A DNA stretch of 60,864 nt from Octopus bimaculoides. Its lineage: Eukaryota. The stretch spans positions 53,875,696-53,936,559 of the forward strand of contig NC_068993.1 in NCBI RefSeq assembly GCF_001194135.2, in the 5' to 3' direction. The position numbers were made by a program, and so were the translations under genes. The notes under the pieces were generated by a model that was not told where the DNA came from, did no database searches, and was given only the letters and a program-made list of their open reading frames with translations. Below, piece after piece: positions 36,969 to 50,850 of this stretch (the stretch's first letter is position 1; every line of letters starts with the position of its first letter).

Positions 36969-37197
36969 ACCTGCATAGGTAAAACTTTGAGCAAAGCTGC
37001 ATAGCAATGTCTGTTCTGGAGGAATATGCGCAGTAAATAAACCAACTAGATGCACATAAATGCTACCTCAAAGAACATTAGGATACTACGCAGCGGAAAC
37101 ACGTATCGGATTGGAATCTAACGTGAATTTAATGAGGATAATAGTGTAATAAACAAATTTTGAAGATGTGAAAGTCTCTATTCTTCTTTATGATGTC

Positions 37198-37264
<67 letters not shown>

Positions 37265-37904
37265 GCGTGCGTGTATGTGTGTGTGCTTGTCAGTGTCTCT
37301 GTGTGTGTATTTGTCAGTGTCAGTGTGTGTGTGTGTGCGCGCGTGTATTTCTTGCGAGAACTAACTGCACCTAAATATTAGGTTCTGTCTCCTAGGATAC
37401 AGAAAATTCATACCTGACCAGTTGGTGATTTTTCTACAAAGTAAGACGCATTCTGGAGTAATATTGATGCAACCTGGTATGGTTGAACTGCTACCTGACT
37501 TAATGTGCACAGAAAAAAATCCATTTAATTGAACGTTTGGCCTGCATCATTGCTTTCGAAGTACCATTATACAACAACCAGAGGCCGCCGACAGATACAC
37601 TGTTTTGCTTCTGTTCCTCTTGTGTCATTACTGTAATTCTCTCCCCGTTCTATATATTCTACAGTAATTCAAATCGAACGCTAACCCCACCAAATCTCAC
37701 AAGTTTGTGAAAACCTCATTAAGGCCATAAGTGCTGCCCCTTCATCCTCTGAATAAATAATAAGTACCATATACAAATAAACATATGAGTACATATTTGC
37801 ATACTTAGACTAATATACAGTAATATACACCAATCTACTTGAATGAATCCTAATATCTTTGCCTACTCGATGATTTTTTTTTACTGAGAAGTTATTGCGC
37901 TACC

Positions 37905-38286
37905 TTGTGGAGGCGCAATGGCCCAGTGGTTAGGGCAGCGGATTCGCGGTCATAGGATCGCGGTTTCGATTCCCAGACCAGGCGTTGTTAGTGTTTATTA
38001 AGCGAAAACACCTAAAAGCTCCACCAGGCTCCACCAAGGGATTGTGGCGAACCCTGCTGTACTCTTTCACCACAACTTTCTCTTACTTCCTGTTTCTGTT
38101 GTGCCTGTAATTCAAAGGGTCAGCCTTGTCACACTGTGTCACGTTGAATATCCCCGAGAACTACGTTAAGGGTACACGTGTCTGTGGAGTGCTCAGCCAC
38201 TTGCACGTTAATTTCACGAGCAGGCTGTTCCGTTGATCGGATCAACTGGAACTCTCGACGTCGTAAGCGACGGAGTGCCAACACAC
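37905..38286 (+). mobile_element. SINE-C full-length, young copy with 11-bp TSD
   Basis: A-box 'tggcccagtgg', B-box 'tttcgattccc'. TSD ATTGCGCTACC at 37894-37904 and 38287-38297. Confidence 0.9.
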
Positions 38287-39112
38287 ATTGCGCTACCAAA
38301 TTATGCAGAGGTACCATGGGACTGATATCTTTGTAACCAACGAAGATCTGCAAAAGTACCGTAATTTTGACAAGGGTTTTACTGTGTTCAAAGAAATAAT
38401 TTGTGTTTCTGTTGAATCATAGAAGTTATCTGTATGCAGTGAGATTTTTCAGTTCAAGTATTTACAGATTTCACAACAGATTACAACAAAGCTGAATGCC
38501 TACATCTGATGCATACATCAACTTCATCTATGTTATCTGTTTCTTATATATAAAAAAAATACTTAAAATGAACAGTTAATCAATAGTCCAGTGTACGTGA
38601 AAAAAGCCACAGATACTTGTAAAAGTGTGTTGACCAAGTTAAGAAAATAACTGTCATTCAGTTAAGTAATTAAGTTGTTAGCAATATTTTTCTAATCGTT
38701 AGATTATTATCGTAAGTCTAATTAAATTTAATAGAACCATTATTTGAGATTTAAAGCGGCTTTAGTTGATAAAGCCATGGGCAATTTTGTTTTTACATAA
38801 ATGGCACAATTTAGCTCTCCCGTGAGAAAATATCAGCTGTGTAAAGAAAGGCAAGGAAACATAACAGATTTCACATGTAATTAAATAATTTATTTCTTGT
38901 AAAAATTATTTCTAATGTTTTGTTATAATTATTTATTAATTAAAAATGATTTTTTTTTTGTCTGTATTAAAATGTGATACATATTTCAAGACAAATAATG
39001 ACTATCAATTCTTCTAAAACATTTTCGTCGCGGAGGGATTGCCATTGCCCAAGAGAGTGAGATTTAGATTCAGAGCATATGGAGACATAACTAACTACTG
39101 CATCTGTTCTGC

Positions 39113-39152
<40 letters not shown>

Positions 39153-39155
<3 letters not shown>

Positions 39156-40072
39156 TCTGCTCTAGGCACAAGGTCTGAAATTTGGATCGGAGTGGGATAA
39201 ATCGATTACATCGACCTCAGCATTTGACTGGTATTTATTTTATGTTGAAATACCACTATTTCCTTTGCTTCAGGCGCACGTAAGATGCAGTATCGGGAGA
39301 GCAATTGCAAATGCGTTCCCTGTTGAGGTGTCATATAGTTGAAATCATTGCTTTCAATGATCACCGATGGACGGGCTTAATTTCAGACATATTTACTTCT
39401 TTCTTGCTTATTTTATCTTTTTCATATTTTGGTGGTCGCCAAAAACTCTTATTATTATTACTTTCTTCGTCCATCCTTACGTTCCGAGGTCAAATTCCGC
39501 AGATGTCAACTTTCGGGATCGATGAAATAAATACCAGTTGAAAACTGGGATCAATATAATCGACTAACCTCCCCCACAGAAAAAAAAAATTCAGACCTTG
39601 TGTCTAGAATAGAACTATTATTACTTGATTTCTAATTAAAGCACAAGGCCAGCAATTTTCAGGGAAGATACCATCAGCCCCACTTCTTGACTAGAACATT
39701 ATTTTCTCGATCCTGGAGGAATGAAAGGCAAAGCTAAACCCGGCGGGATTTGAGCGCAGAATGTAATGACTCGGAACAAATACCACAAGGCATTTTTTCC
39801 AACGCTCAAACGATTCCACCAGTTCACCGCCGTAGGAGCAATAATAGCAATAATTACTGGTATCAAATTTGATCACAAGGCCAGACATTTTGTGTGAGGG
39901 GCTAAGTAGAATATATTGATCCCGCACTCAACTGATACTTATTTTATGGACCCCAAAAGGATGAAAGTTGGACCCCAAAAGGCAAAGTTGATCTCGGCGG
40001 AATGTTAAGACAGACAAAATGTCGCTCAGCATTTTGTCCGACGTGCTAACGATTCTACCAACTCACCGCCTT
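39153..40072. mobile_element. Cluster of four degenerate SINE-A copies (39153-39243 -, 39460-39616 +, 39640-39832 -, 39857-40072 -)
   Basis: Family motifs in both orientations. Confidence 0.75.
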
Positions 40073-41301
40073 ACCAACAACAATAATTATTAACCAAAAG
40101 GAAGAAGTTATTTGTGCAAACAATTCGCAGCGTGCAGAGATGCCTTCATGTTGAAAGTTTTTACAACTTTTATCTCTCAATTTCTGAAACGATAGGGAAT
40201 ATGTCCAACAGAATCTCAGAAAAAGATGTAAGCTTTCAAAACGCATATATTTGGGTCAAAACCAAATATATTCCAGCATTAGAAGACGGGATATCATAAT
40301 ATGATCGCTTGGTGTCATTCAGATGCTAGAGAAACATGTTTTGATCATTTAAAAACCATTAACCTGGTATTCTGTTGTGACTAGGAAAAGACGGTAAAGA
40401 AGGAAATGTTTAGTTGACTGATATTTTGTCTACAAGAAGTCTATCAGAGATCTATTCTGTCATCAGGAGGGAGAAGATAGTTACTTGTTTTTAAAGTGAC
40501 ACTTTTAGATAACGGTGTCGGTTTTCAGTTCAGTCATCTACCATCCAGTGCTTATAGGTATCACATTAGCCTGCTTGTTATTTCCCCCTTCACATCTCTA
40601 CAAATATATTTCATTTCTTTCCTTCTTTATTTAATGTTAATCGGCGGAATATATTTATTTACTTTTGGCAAAATAATTTATTAATGGCTCCAGAAACAGA
40701 ATTATTATTTTTTGTTGTCACTAAACCGTTTCTTAACCCATTTATCAAGATTTCAATAGCAGTGAAACTATAGGTGTATGTGTATATACGGACATTCACA
40801 TGTATGTATGNNNNNNNNNNNNNNNNNNNNNNNNNNNNNNNNNNNNNNNNNNNNNNNNNNNNNNNNNNNNNNNNNNNNNNNNNNNNNNNNNNNNNNNNNN
40901 NNNNNNNNNNNNNNNNNNNNNNNNNNNNNNNNNNNNNNNNNNNNNNNNNNNNNNNNNNNNNNNNNNNNNNNNNNNNNNNNNNNNNNNNNNNNNNNNNNNN
41001 NNNNNNNNNNNNNNNNNNNNNNNNNNNNNNNNNNNNNNNNNNNNNNNNNNNNNNNNNNNNNNNNNNNNNNNNNNNNNNNNNNNNNNNNNNNNNNNNNNNN
41101 NNNNNNNNNNNNNNNNNNNNNNNNNNNNNNNNNNNNNNNNNNNNNNNNNNNNNNNNNNNNNNNNNNNNNNNNNNNNNNNNNNNNNNNNNNNNNNNNNNNN
41201 NNNNNNNNNNNNNNNNNNNNNNNNNNNNNNNNNNAAATAATTTACAATATAAATTATATTTTGTATTTTTAGCCCAGTTATTAATACCGATTTGTATATT
41301 C

Positions 41302-41625
41302 ATTTCTACTCTAGGTACAAGGCTCGAAATTTTGGGGAAAGTGGGTCCAGTCGATTAGATCGACTCCAGTACGTAACTGGTACTTAATTAATCAACCCCG
41401 AAAGGATGAAAGACTAAGTCGACCTCGGCGGAATTTGAACTCAGAACATAAGGACAGACGAAATACCGCTAAGCATTTCGCCTGGCGTGCTAAAGTTTCT
41501 TATTTCTTTATTACCCACAAGGGGCTAAAGATAGAGGGGACAAACAAAGGGATTAAGTCGATTACATCGACCCCAGTGCGTAACTGGTACTTATTTAATC
41601 GACCCCGAAAGGATGAAAGGGAAAT
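41302..41625 (-). mobile_element. Two tandem SINE-A copies (41302-41499 tail i; 41500-41625 tail iii, headless)
   Basis: Family motifs; same tail-iii then tail-i arrangement as 25916-26371. Confidence 0.85.
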
Positions 41626-42036
41626 TTCGGGTTCGTTTACCAAGACACCATTTTGATAGGGGAAAACACACAATAGTTTTTGAACAAAAACTAGTATACA
41701 AATTTAAACAGGTACAGTAAATACAACAGGCAACAACACGGAAACGGTCAACAGAACCTACACTTATTATATTAACGCACTTCGGTAATACCAACACTTC
41801 CAACTCACGGGGAACTTTTTTTCTGTAACCCAATATTTACACACTATTATTTATTGGTTTATTTGCTTCGAGATAAATTGTTCCAAATAAAGAAATATTG
41901 TTTCATTTCAATAGAATCACACTGGGCCTATTTATAAATAAATTTAAGCGTTCACCTCCCACTCTTCTTCCTCTTTCCTCTCTTCTCTTACTTTCCCTTC
42001 TCTTCTCTCTTTTCTTTATCCCCCCCTCTCTCTCTA

Positions 42037-42068
<32 letters not shown>

Positions 42069-43004
42069 ATATGTGCGCATGTGGATATAGGGACTTCCAT
42101 ATTCAGAGGCTCTGTGTGTGTGAAATGGATTCAAATTGGGTTTAACTGACCACTCATTTTACATAGATTATTTTCTTATATACATTTATCTAACTTATGA
42201 ACCCCGCAGCTTCCCATGGACTTATTTTATTAAAAAAAAACCCACTTCATTAAGAAAGATATTTTTGTCTAAATATTATAAAACCTGAATAACATCACGG
42301 TTACAATTGAGATAAGCTTTAGACGAAGCACGTGTTCCTCCGTAAGATTAACCCAAGAATCCAACTTACAGTTTACAGAATGGTACAATTCAGAAAGATT
42401 TGCCTTTTTATTTATGTTTTTTTTTTATATGAGATCGCTCCTCATAAGAACATTTTAATACAAATTATTCCTATACCATATTAATCTCCTCTATTTATCG
42501 TACTTTATTATAGTATAGATTCTATTTTGTTTTCACATTTTTAAAAAACTTTCTAGCTATGACAACGGAAACAAATTCATAGATTTTACAACGGGGTCAG
42601 TTTTATAGGAAGAGACTAGAGTAAAGAAGGTTGATTGATAAAAACTGACATTCCTATCAGCTTAGGGAAGTAGGACGTAGCTGTGAAGTTGTAGCTGTTT
42701 GTAACTTTTTAATTCAATTAACTTAGTTTCATATCCAGCTGGAAGTCTTTGCTTATCTATACATACAGATCTGATCTATATACACAGTGTGTGTGGAGGT
42801 CGTTTAGTATTAACCTGCCTTCACCAAGGTCATAAGAGGTNNNNNNNNNNTGTGTGGAGGTCGTTTAGTATTAACCTGCCTTCACCAAGGTCATAAGAGG
42901 TATGCACATATGAAACACTCTACACATTTATTATATTCTAGGTTACAGTTATTAATTATACTCATTCACTTATATATATTGATTTATTAATAAGAAAATT
43001 TCTG

Positions 43005-43214
43005 AAGGCGGCGAGCTGGCAGAATCATTAGCAAGGCCGGGCACAATGCTTAGTGGCAGTTCGTCCGTCTTTATGTTCTGAGTTCAAATTCCGTCGTGGT
43101 TGACTTTTTCCTTTTGGGGTCGATAAAATAAGTACCAGTTGAGCATTGGAATCGGTATACTCGGCTAGTCCCCTCCCCTCAAAATTACTGACCTTGTTCC
43201 AAAATTTGAAACCA
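43005..43214 (+). mobile_element. SINE-A copy (tail ii)
   Basis: Family motifs. Confidence 0.85.
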
Positions 43215-43410
43215 ATATTATAAGATGATTCAAAGAATACGTTCGAGTATGTTAAATGTAAGGCATAGCTTTCGGGTTCAGAAGCTTGCTTTATAGCAGG
43301 AGTCGGGGAACTTTTTTTTTACCAATTACCCCTAAATATTCGGTAAAAATTCGAAAGCGAACGATAGAGTAAGGACTTAAAAATATGTACTGGGATCGAT
43401 CTGTTCGACG

Positions 43411-43496
43411 ATGCAGAGCCCCCCAGCATGCAAACTCCCTAATGCAGAACCCCCCCTCCATGCAGACCTCCCCAATGCAGACCCCCCAGCATGTCC
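43411..43496 (+). repeat. Degenerate 14-18-bp minisatellite, unit ATGCAGA(C/G)CCCCC..
   Basis: Five units starting at 43411, 43428, 43442, 43460 and 43475. Confidence 0.8.
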
Positions 43497-44131
43497 ACTG
43501 AATGAAGCAAGTAAGTAATAAAAGAACAAAATATAAAATATAAACACTCAATAATAGAAAAAAAGGTAAAAAGCAAGGAGCCGGTGAAACTTGAACTCTT
43601 CCCTTCCGGTACGTTGTCGTATATTTGCAATTAACACTTTGCTTTTTGCAATCTTATTTAACAACAAAAAGTGTGATTGACATCGCAGATTCAGATGCAA
43701 TTTTTTTTTCCTTCTAGATCTTTCCACGGTATTTAACTTCCATATATTTCCAAAAAAACGTTAAGAATTCATGCTACAATACATTTCCAAGATAATTTTG
43801 CAGTTTTCTTGACACTCGAATTACTTCACACACAAATTACTTATAACAAATATACACACACACGTAGACATACACACACAAACTCACACACATAATGTAT
43901 ATATATATAATGTATACATACAAGAGATACACACACATGCATACATACACACACACACGCACACACACACGCACACACACACATATAGGTATTTGTATAT
44001 ATAACCGCTTTTTGTGATCAGCATTGGAAGGAGTCTCCTCGATGACAATTACAGGCTGTTGATATTAAGTAGGAGCTCTAACTACTTCTAAGCATGTTTG
44101 TTAATCACTAACCATTTGATAACATTAGCTG

Positions 44132-44170
<39 letters not shown>

Positions 44171-44187
44171 CGACGATGATGATGATG

Positions 44188-44262
<75 letters not shown>

Positions 44263-44323
44263 GGCTTTTATTATATACTGTGTGGGGGGGTGTATCTGGA
44301 TATCTTCTAGACAGACAGACTAA

Positions 44324-44524
44324 AATGGCAGCGAGATGGCAGAATCGTTAGCCGGTCGGGCACAATGCTTAGTGGTATTTCGTTCTCCTTTACGTTCTGG
44401 GTTCAAATACCGCTGGAGTTGATTTTGCCTTTCATCCTTTCGGGGTCGATAAAATATGTACCACTTGAGCACTGTGGTCTATATAATCAACTTGCCGTCT
44501 CACACGAAATCGCTGGCCTTGTGG
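44324..44524 (+). mobile_element. SINE-A copy
   Basis: Family motifs; ends at a (TTA)n array. Confidence 0.85.
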
Positions 44525-44526
44525 CA

Positions 44527-44735
44527 ATTATTATTATTATTATTATTATTACGATTATTGCTTTTGCACAGCGTCTATCGCTGGAGATGTGCTACGATGT
44601 CAGCTGTTCACTACCAGTGAACTAAGGTAACACCCCTTATTCTTCGAGCACCTTCCGGAGTATTCGAACGGTTCCAAGCAGTGCTGCTTTCTGCAAGTGC
44701 TCCATTCTTATTACAGCCCCTGTTTGTTCCATGTA
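44527..44735 (-). mobile_element. 5'-truncated R4/Dong-type (restriction-like endonuclease) LINE 3' end with (TAA)n tail
   Basis: 44637-44735 on minus reads YMEQTGAVIRMEHLQKAALLGTVRILRKVLEE*, the typical 'LQKAALLGT.RILRKVL' C-terminus. It is followed by a ~75-nt 3' UTR and (TAA)n, with a TAA/TGA array also on the other side. Confidence 0.75.
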
Positions 44736-44760
44736 TTATTATTATTATCATCATCATCAC

Positions 44761-44796
<36 letters not shown>

Positions 44797-45249
44797 CATT
44801 GTTATCATTTCGCGAGATGTTGAGAAAATATATTTGTATATAGTACGTGTAATGGCTAGATTATGTAAACATTTGCTAGCGTGAGCTGCAGAGCGCACGA
44901 TCATTCTAAGACTACTGTTAACTAATTATAGAGAGCCTTTGTTTGGTGTATCGAGTATTCAATTCAAGAAAGACTTAGCGTAACGACACACGTCTGAAAG
45001 CGAAAAGCAATATGCTAATGACTTGCATAATAAACCAGTCTTTTCCAAAATAGTCTCTACTCCTCCCTCTAAAGGCAGTGAAAGAAGGGAGAGGCAGTGG
45101 AAAGCAAGGAGATCGTTCACCTCTGCAACGGCACATGATATATTCATTTATCTTATACGTAACATCAGACAGCGTTCATTTATATTTCATGAATACACAT
45201 ACACATGCTATACGTACATAAGTTTCATTGTATTCAAGGTTGCCAACGG

Positions 45250-46330
45250 TTCTTAATAAGCGGGAATGCCCAGACAAGCGCTGCAAAATCTCAAGTCCCT
45301 CACATGTAGTAAAATGACCTGACCTTCTACAGACCACAATATTAATTTATTAATCATGAAACACTCGACTATTAAATATTATACATAAAATAATCATGAT
45401 ATAACCTTAAAAGCAACAATTTTACTTGCGAAATTAAGCTTTCTTCTATATTTATTATATGCTATTCTTTCTGTAAGAATTTGCAACAGTCCATCCAATT
45501 GTGGTAATCAAGTTTCATTTGTAAAATATATCAGGATAGTCCGTTGGAAAATCATTACATATTGCCTGCATAGGATTAAAATGTAACTGGAATTAAATAA
45601 CTTTTTCTATCCACTAACTGTTATAAAAACTCTAGCCAAATGTATTTTTCCTTGTAAAAACAGTAATTCAATGACGGTTTTATGATATATATCAGCTATA
45701 AAAATAAAACCGTAAAGTTCGCTTGTTCCAGTGATTTACTTTTAGCCTATTTTAACATGTATTATTTAACTGTTTCTTGTATCATAATTCATGTCGTTGT
45801 ATAAAATTTACAAAATAACTTTGTTATGTCTTGGGAGAGTCATTGCACCAGTAATAATAACACATGCACAGGTTCAATTTCCCTTTTTTATTGTTAATAA
45901 ATTTCAGTAACTTCGTGACTTCCCTTCTCGCTGGGAAGCCACCAAGTCGCTAAAAAGGTCGCGAACAATCGATTGATTGTTTAACCAAAACATTAAACAA
46001 ACGATCGATTAGTTAGTTGGTTAGATCGTAAAACAATTGATTAACGATAGAGAAGTGGAACTGAGCTTGTGCACACGAGATTGAAACATAGCCGACCTCC
46101 CACACTTCTCATGAGGAATTCCGGAAGGAGCTTCGTGAGACCACTACTGCGACACTTCCGGGAAAAAAAAAGAAAAGCCGTTAGTAAACAGTTTATAGCA
46201 GAGACTCCATCTAAGAAGATCTGAAGAAGGAATTGTATTCCGAAATATCATCGGACTATGGATAACTAAATTACAACAAGTATATAGTCCATTTTTTGTA
46301 TTATAGTGCATTGTTGTACCATTCAAAACT
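45250..46330 (+). mobile_element. Putative decayed PLE 3' region (Zn-knuckle/GIY-YIG remnant, structured 3' UTR, hammerhead)
   Basis: ECPDKRCKI at 45264-45290, faint LLYAI..IC and KYIG-like remnants downstream, and a hammerhead at 46218-46252. Protein evidence is weak. Confidence 0.3.
46218..46252 (+). ncRNA. Minimal type I hammerhead ribozyme-like motif
   Basis: GAT CTGAAGA A GGAAT-TGT-ATTCC GAAA TAT C ATC. Stem II has 5 bp, stem III is the palindrome ATAT, helix I only 3 bp. Confidence 0.6.
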
Positions 46331-48137
46331 TTTTATTCTTTATAAACAATACACAATGTTTCAAGCGAACTACAATACTCTCTTATAAGAGTTTCAGTGA
46401 TAGATTCTTGCTAAAACTCTTTGACCTCTCCATAAACGTACACTGCTGTGACTGTTGGAGAAAATAAAAAATATAAAATTACTAGTTAATACTTAAGAAC
46501 GCATATTTCAGTAATACTATTACAATTTCTGTGTTTACATGTTTTCGTAATGTACGAGTACGCATATACGCATTCGATATGTATTCGACTATGTACGTAA
46601 ACGACACATAGGCGTGACTGAATGGATGTTCAAGAAATTATACAAACGTACTTCCTCCTTTAAATTCATAGATAAGATAAATATGACAATATTTGCCGAC
46701 AACATTTGATAATTAAAATAAGAAGCTTTTAATTTTCAAAACCTTATACAAGGTCTCAAAGGAATGGAAATAAAGATATGATGCATGCACACCAGAACAG
46801 CGCTTCATCCTCGAAAATCCACATGAACAAGACCCGTACTTCAAAAGCAGGGCAAAATATTTCGTGAAATATTGACATTTTGAGAAGCATCTATTACGAA
46901 ATTGTGTCGTACGACCTATGCAAAATTAACTTCTTTCAAGAAAACATGCACATTGCATACTCGTGGAAGTATGCATGAGCATGCAGCTTATTTTCACCAT
47001 TCTTTTCTCTATTGATCTATTTTTTCTAACTTTAACCTATTACAGATTTATTTATTTTCTCCAATGATCTTGAGATTTTATTATATTGTTATAGGGAAAT
47101 GCTTTATTTCACGCGCACACATATGTGTATTTGTTGGGGGGGGGGGTATATGTGTGCATTAGTAAAAGAAATTAGGTTTTTAACGTTGCTTTCGCATTGT
47201 CGCTTAATAAAAACAAGACGTTGTGTTATTTAGTATAAGCAACAAAGTGAAATCCGGTGTTAATAACGATGAAAACTTGTTTCTTTTTTTATTGATAGTA
47301 TTTCAAATAACTCTAGATATTGAGTACTTTAAATTTGACTGTTTAAATTACTAGTAAAACAATAATTTTTCTTTCCCCATCCCCGCCAGCAAAAAAAGTT
47401 CGGTTTCGTTTCAGACAGACGTCGTATGTTTGTGTAAACAATGATATATATGTGAGCAGGCGGATGTGTCTGTTTGCACATGTATACGCACGTACGTACG
47501 TTCAGGTTTGGCTTTAAATCTGTCTACTGGGGTGTTGTTTTTTGTGCGCGCCTGTCCATCTGTTTTGATGGGCTTAAACCATTTTACCTTTTGTTATGTT
47601 GGCCTAATTGGAACAGCGCCTTAGTGACATGATAAAATAAGCAATGGCGCTCACATTCTGAGTGAAACGGTTATAGATCGAAACACAACACGTGTACACT
47701 ACCTTACCTCATAATTTTCTATTTGTTTTCTCTTAAGTTTGAGAAAATAAATGGTAACAGGTGACCCTAGATGTGATTGGACTATTGTTTCAGCAATTTC
47801 CAAGCAGACCTTATTTATTTGTTTATTTATATTTACTTCTAAAGTAATCTAATTCGAAATTGCGATCAGATTTGACGTCTATGAGTGTGTGACCAACCAC
47901 ACAGACATACAGACGTGTGTGTGAGTGTGTGTGTTGTGCAGAGTCAGTAACTGTTTGTTGTTGTTTGCTAATCTATCTTCAGTCAAAGTTTCAAAGAAGG
48001 GGGCGCTTCAAGACTATTCTCTGATTTGTCAAAATATACATTTAGTACAATAGGCTTTGATTTATGGTCAATGCTACATTCCGATAACTACCTACACAAC
48101 CAGATACATATATACGCATCCTTACGCATACACGTGT

Positions 48138-48182
<45 letters not shown>

Positions 48183-49413
48183 AATTCTCTCTATCTCCCA
48201 CACAAACTACGCAAATACTAACTAAAGTAAACATTGAAATACACACGCTAGCATGCAACAGTTCGTTTCCTTACAAGCATTTACACAAGTCGAGCATTCA
48301 AACATTCAACTACACACACACACACACGTACGCACGCATACACACACTTACATACATACGCACGCATACCCATACACGCACAAATACACGAATACACACA
48401 TACACAGAAACGCATGTACAAATACACACACGCACACATACGCACACGCATAAACACATTCATAAACAACAGTAACAACAACGACGACGACTGTACATCC
48501 CCGTTCCTACCTCAGTCACACATTTTCATGCCTAGACAATCAACTGGTTCCATACAAGACACAATATGTGTTCTGTGATTGATTTCAATACTAAGTGTGA
48601 GGTTTAAATGAAATAGGTTAGTGTTGTTGTTGTTTCACGTGAGCCTTTGTAGGCGCTGGGTTGACAGGAAATAGTAGAGACATCTATGAGAAGAATGATA
48701 ATGAAGAAAAGAGGAGATTGCACAAAAAAAATCAAGGCTTAGGTAAAGGAGACACAACAGCAGGGCTATAAAGCTCGAATACACAAAGGAAAGGCGCAGC
48801 TGTTTTATTTTGTTATAAAGTTTACATATGTTAGCAGCTCTGTGNNNNNNNNNNNNNNNNNNNNNNNNNNNNNNNNNNNNNNNNNNNNNNNNNNNNNNNN
48901 NNNNNNNNNNNNNNNNNNNNNNNNNNNNNNNNNNNNNNNNNNNNNNNNNNNNNNNNNNNNNNNNNNNNNNNNNNNNNNNNNNNNNNNNNNNNNNNNNNNN
49001 NNNNNNNNNNNNNNNNNNNNNNNNNNNNNNNNNNNNNNNNNNNNNNNNNNNNNNNNNNNNNNNNNNNNNNNNNNNNNNNNNNNNNNNNNNNNNNNNNNNN
49101 NNNNNNNNNNNNNNNNNNNNNNNNNNNNNNNNNNNNNNNNNNNNNNNNNNNNNNNNNNNNNNNNNNNNNNNNNNNNNNNNNNNNNNNNNNNNNNNNNNNN
49201 NNNNNNNNNNNNNNNNNNNNNNNNNNNNNNNNNNNNNNNNNNNNNNNNNNNNNNNNNNNNNNNNNNNNNNNNNNNNNNNNNNNNNNNNNNNNNNNNNNNN
49301 NNNNNNNNNNNNNNNNNNNNNNNNNNNNNNNNNNNNNNNNNNNNNNNNNNNNNNNNNNNNNNNNNNNNNNNNNNNNNNNNNNNNNNNNNNNNNNNNNNNN
49401 NNNNNNNNNNNNN

Positions 49414-49451
<38 letters not shown>

Positions 49452-50629
49452 TTTCAGATATTATGCTCTCCGTCTCACATGCAGTGTTTTTGTTACAATT
49501 TTACCATGGTCTTTCTGTTGTTACAGCACCATTCATAACAAAGAAATTTTATTACATCGAGGATATACGGATTTTTAATGCTGATAGAAACACCACTCCT
49601 GGTGGTTGGTGTTCCTGGTATTTACAATATGTGACGTTTTATTTCCTATTTAATTATGAGACCCGAATATACTCCTGGTATGCGAAGATATATTGGCATA
49701 CACTGTGTGTCTGAATAAAATGGAACCCACAACTAATTAGGCGTGGCTGGTCTCTCTCTTGTCTTTGGTCACTGGTGAGCAGCAGACACGATCTAGAAAT
49801 CCTCTTGTGTAACAATGCTGAAAGATTATTGCTTGTACGAAGAGAGAGAGAGCGAGAGAGAGAGAACGTTGGAAGAAAGAGACTCGTAGTAATTTGGTTG
49901 GTGAAAGACGAGTATGTATGTTCGTGCGCGTGTGTGTATATGCATATGGCAATGAGTGGATAGCAGTGTGCTTGTGTGCTTCGACGTTTCAATACGGATG
50001 AGTGGATAGCAGCGCGTATATCTTATGTTTGTATACGTATACGAGTTTGCGTCAATGTTTATGTATGTTAATGTTTCTGTATGTGCATTTGTATATGGAA
50101 ATGAATGGCTGGTTGTACGTTTGTGTGCTGGTAGGCGTGTGATCGGGTGGGTATATTTGTGTGTTTATATGCGTGTAGAAGGATAGTTAGTTATCTGTGC
50201 ATCATTATTTGTTGGTAAGTGAATGACTGACTGACTGCTTATATTTGCTTGTGTGCAGATGTGCGATGGTGTTTGTTTGTGAGGATGGGCAGTAATGTAG
50301 TGGCGTATGGTAGCTATTTTAATGGATATGCTGCCACACCAAATGCCATCAGATTTCAAGCAGGGGTAGAACGAAAGCTTTCCATTAAGATTTGTGATTA
50401 AATTAATGAGTAAGGCTAAACTTTTATAATGAATTTGTCATTTCCGATGACACCAAGCACACCCGGAATATACGCCTCTGGTAGTATGTGCATGCATGTG
50501 TGTGTCTGTGGGTGTACTGGTAGCTGGGTGTTACCAATCCAGGTTCAGTCCCACTGCGTAACTACATGTGAATCGTTGGCGATTTTTTTCCTCCGTCTTC
50601 TTTTTCTCTTGAACTTTCCTCTGTCTCCT

Positions 50630-50664
50630 GTTTCCGAAGAAGAGCTTTGCTCGAAACATTAAGC
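50630..50664 (+). ncRNA. Degenerate minimal hammerhead-like motif in a PLE-type terminal fragment (50580-50790)
   Basis: GTTT CCGAAGA A GAGC-TTT-GCTC GAAAC ATT AAGC. Same GAGC/GCTC stem II and flank layout as 60-96; U4C and stem III changes. Confidence 0.45.
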
Positions 50665-50786
50665 CACCTTTCTTTCCTTCCCTGAGCGTCTGCTAATACT
50701 TTGTATGCACTACATCCTCACGTTGTTGCTTTTTTTTTCTTGTGTTTGTTCTTCACATTTTTTGATTTACTCTATAATTATATATA

Positions 50787-50850
<64 letters not shown>

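Noticed and set aside
42790-42901. Exact 51-bp direct repeat on both sides of a 10-N gap
   Set aside because: Typical unmerged contig overlap; an assembly artefact.
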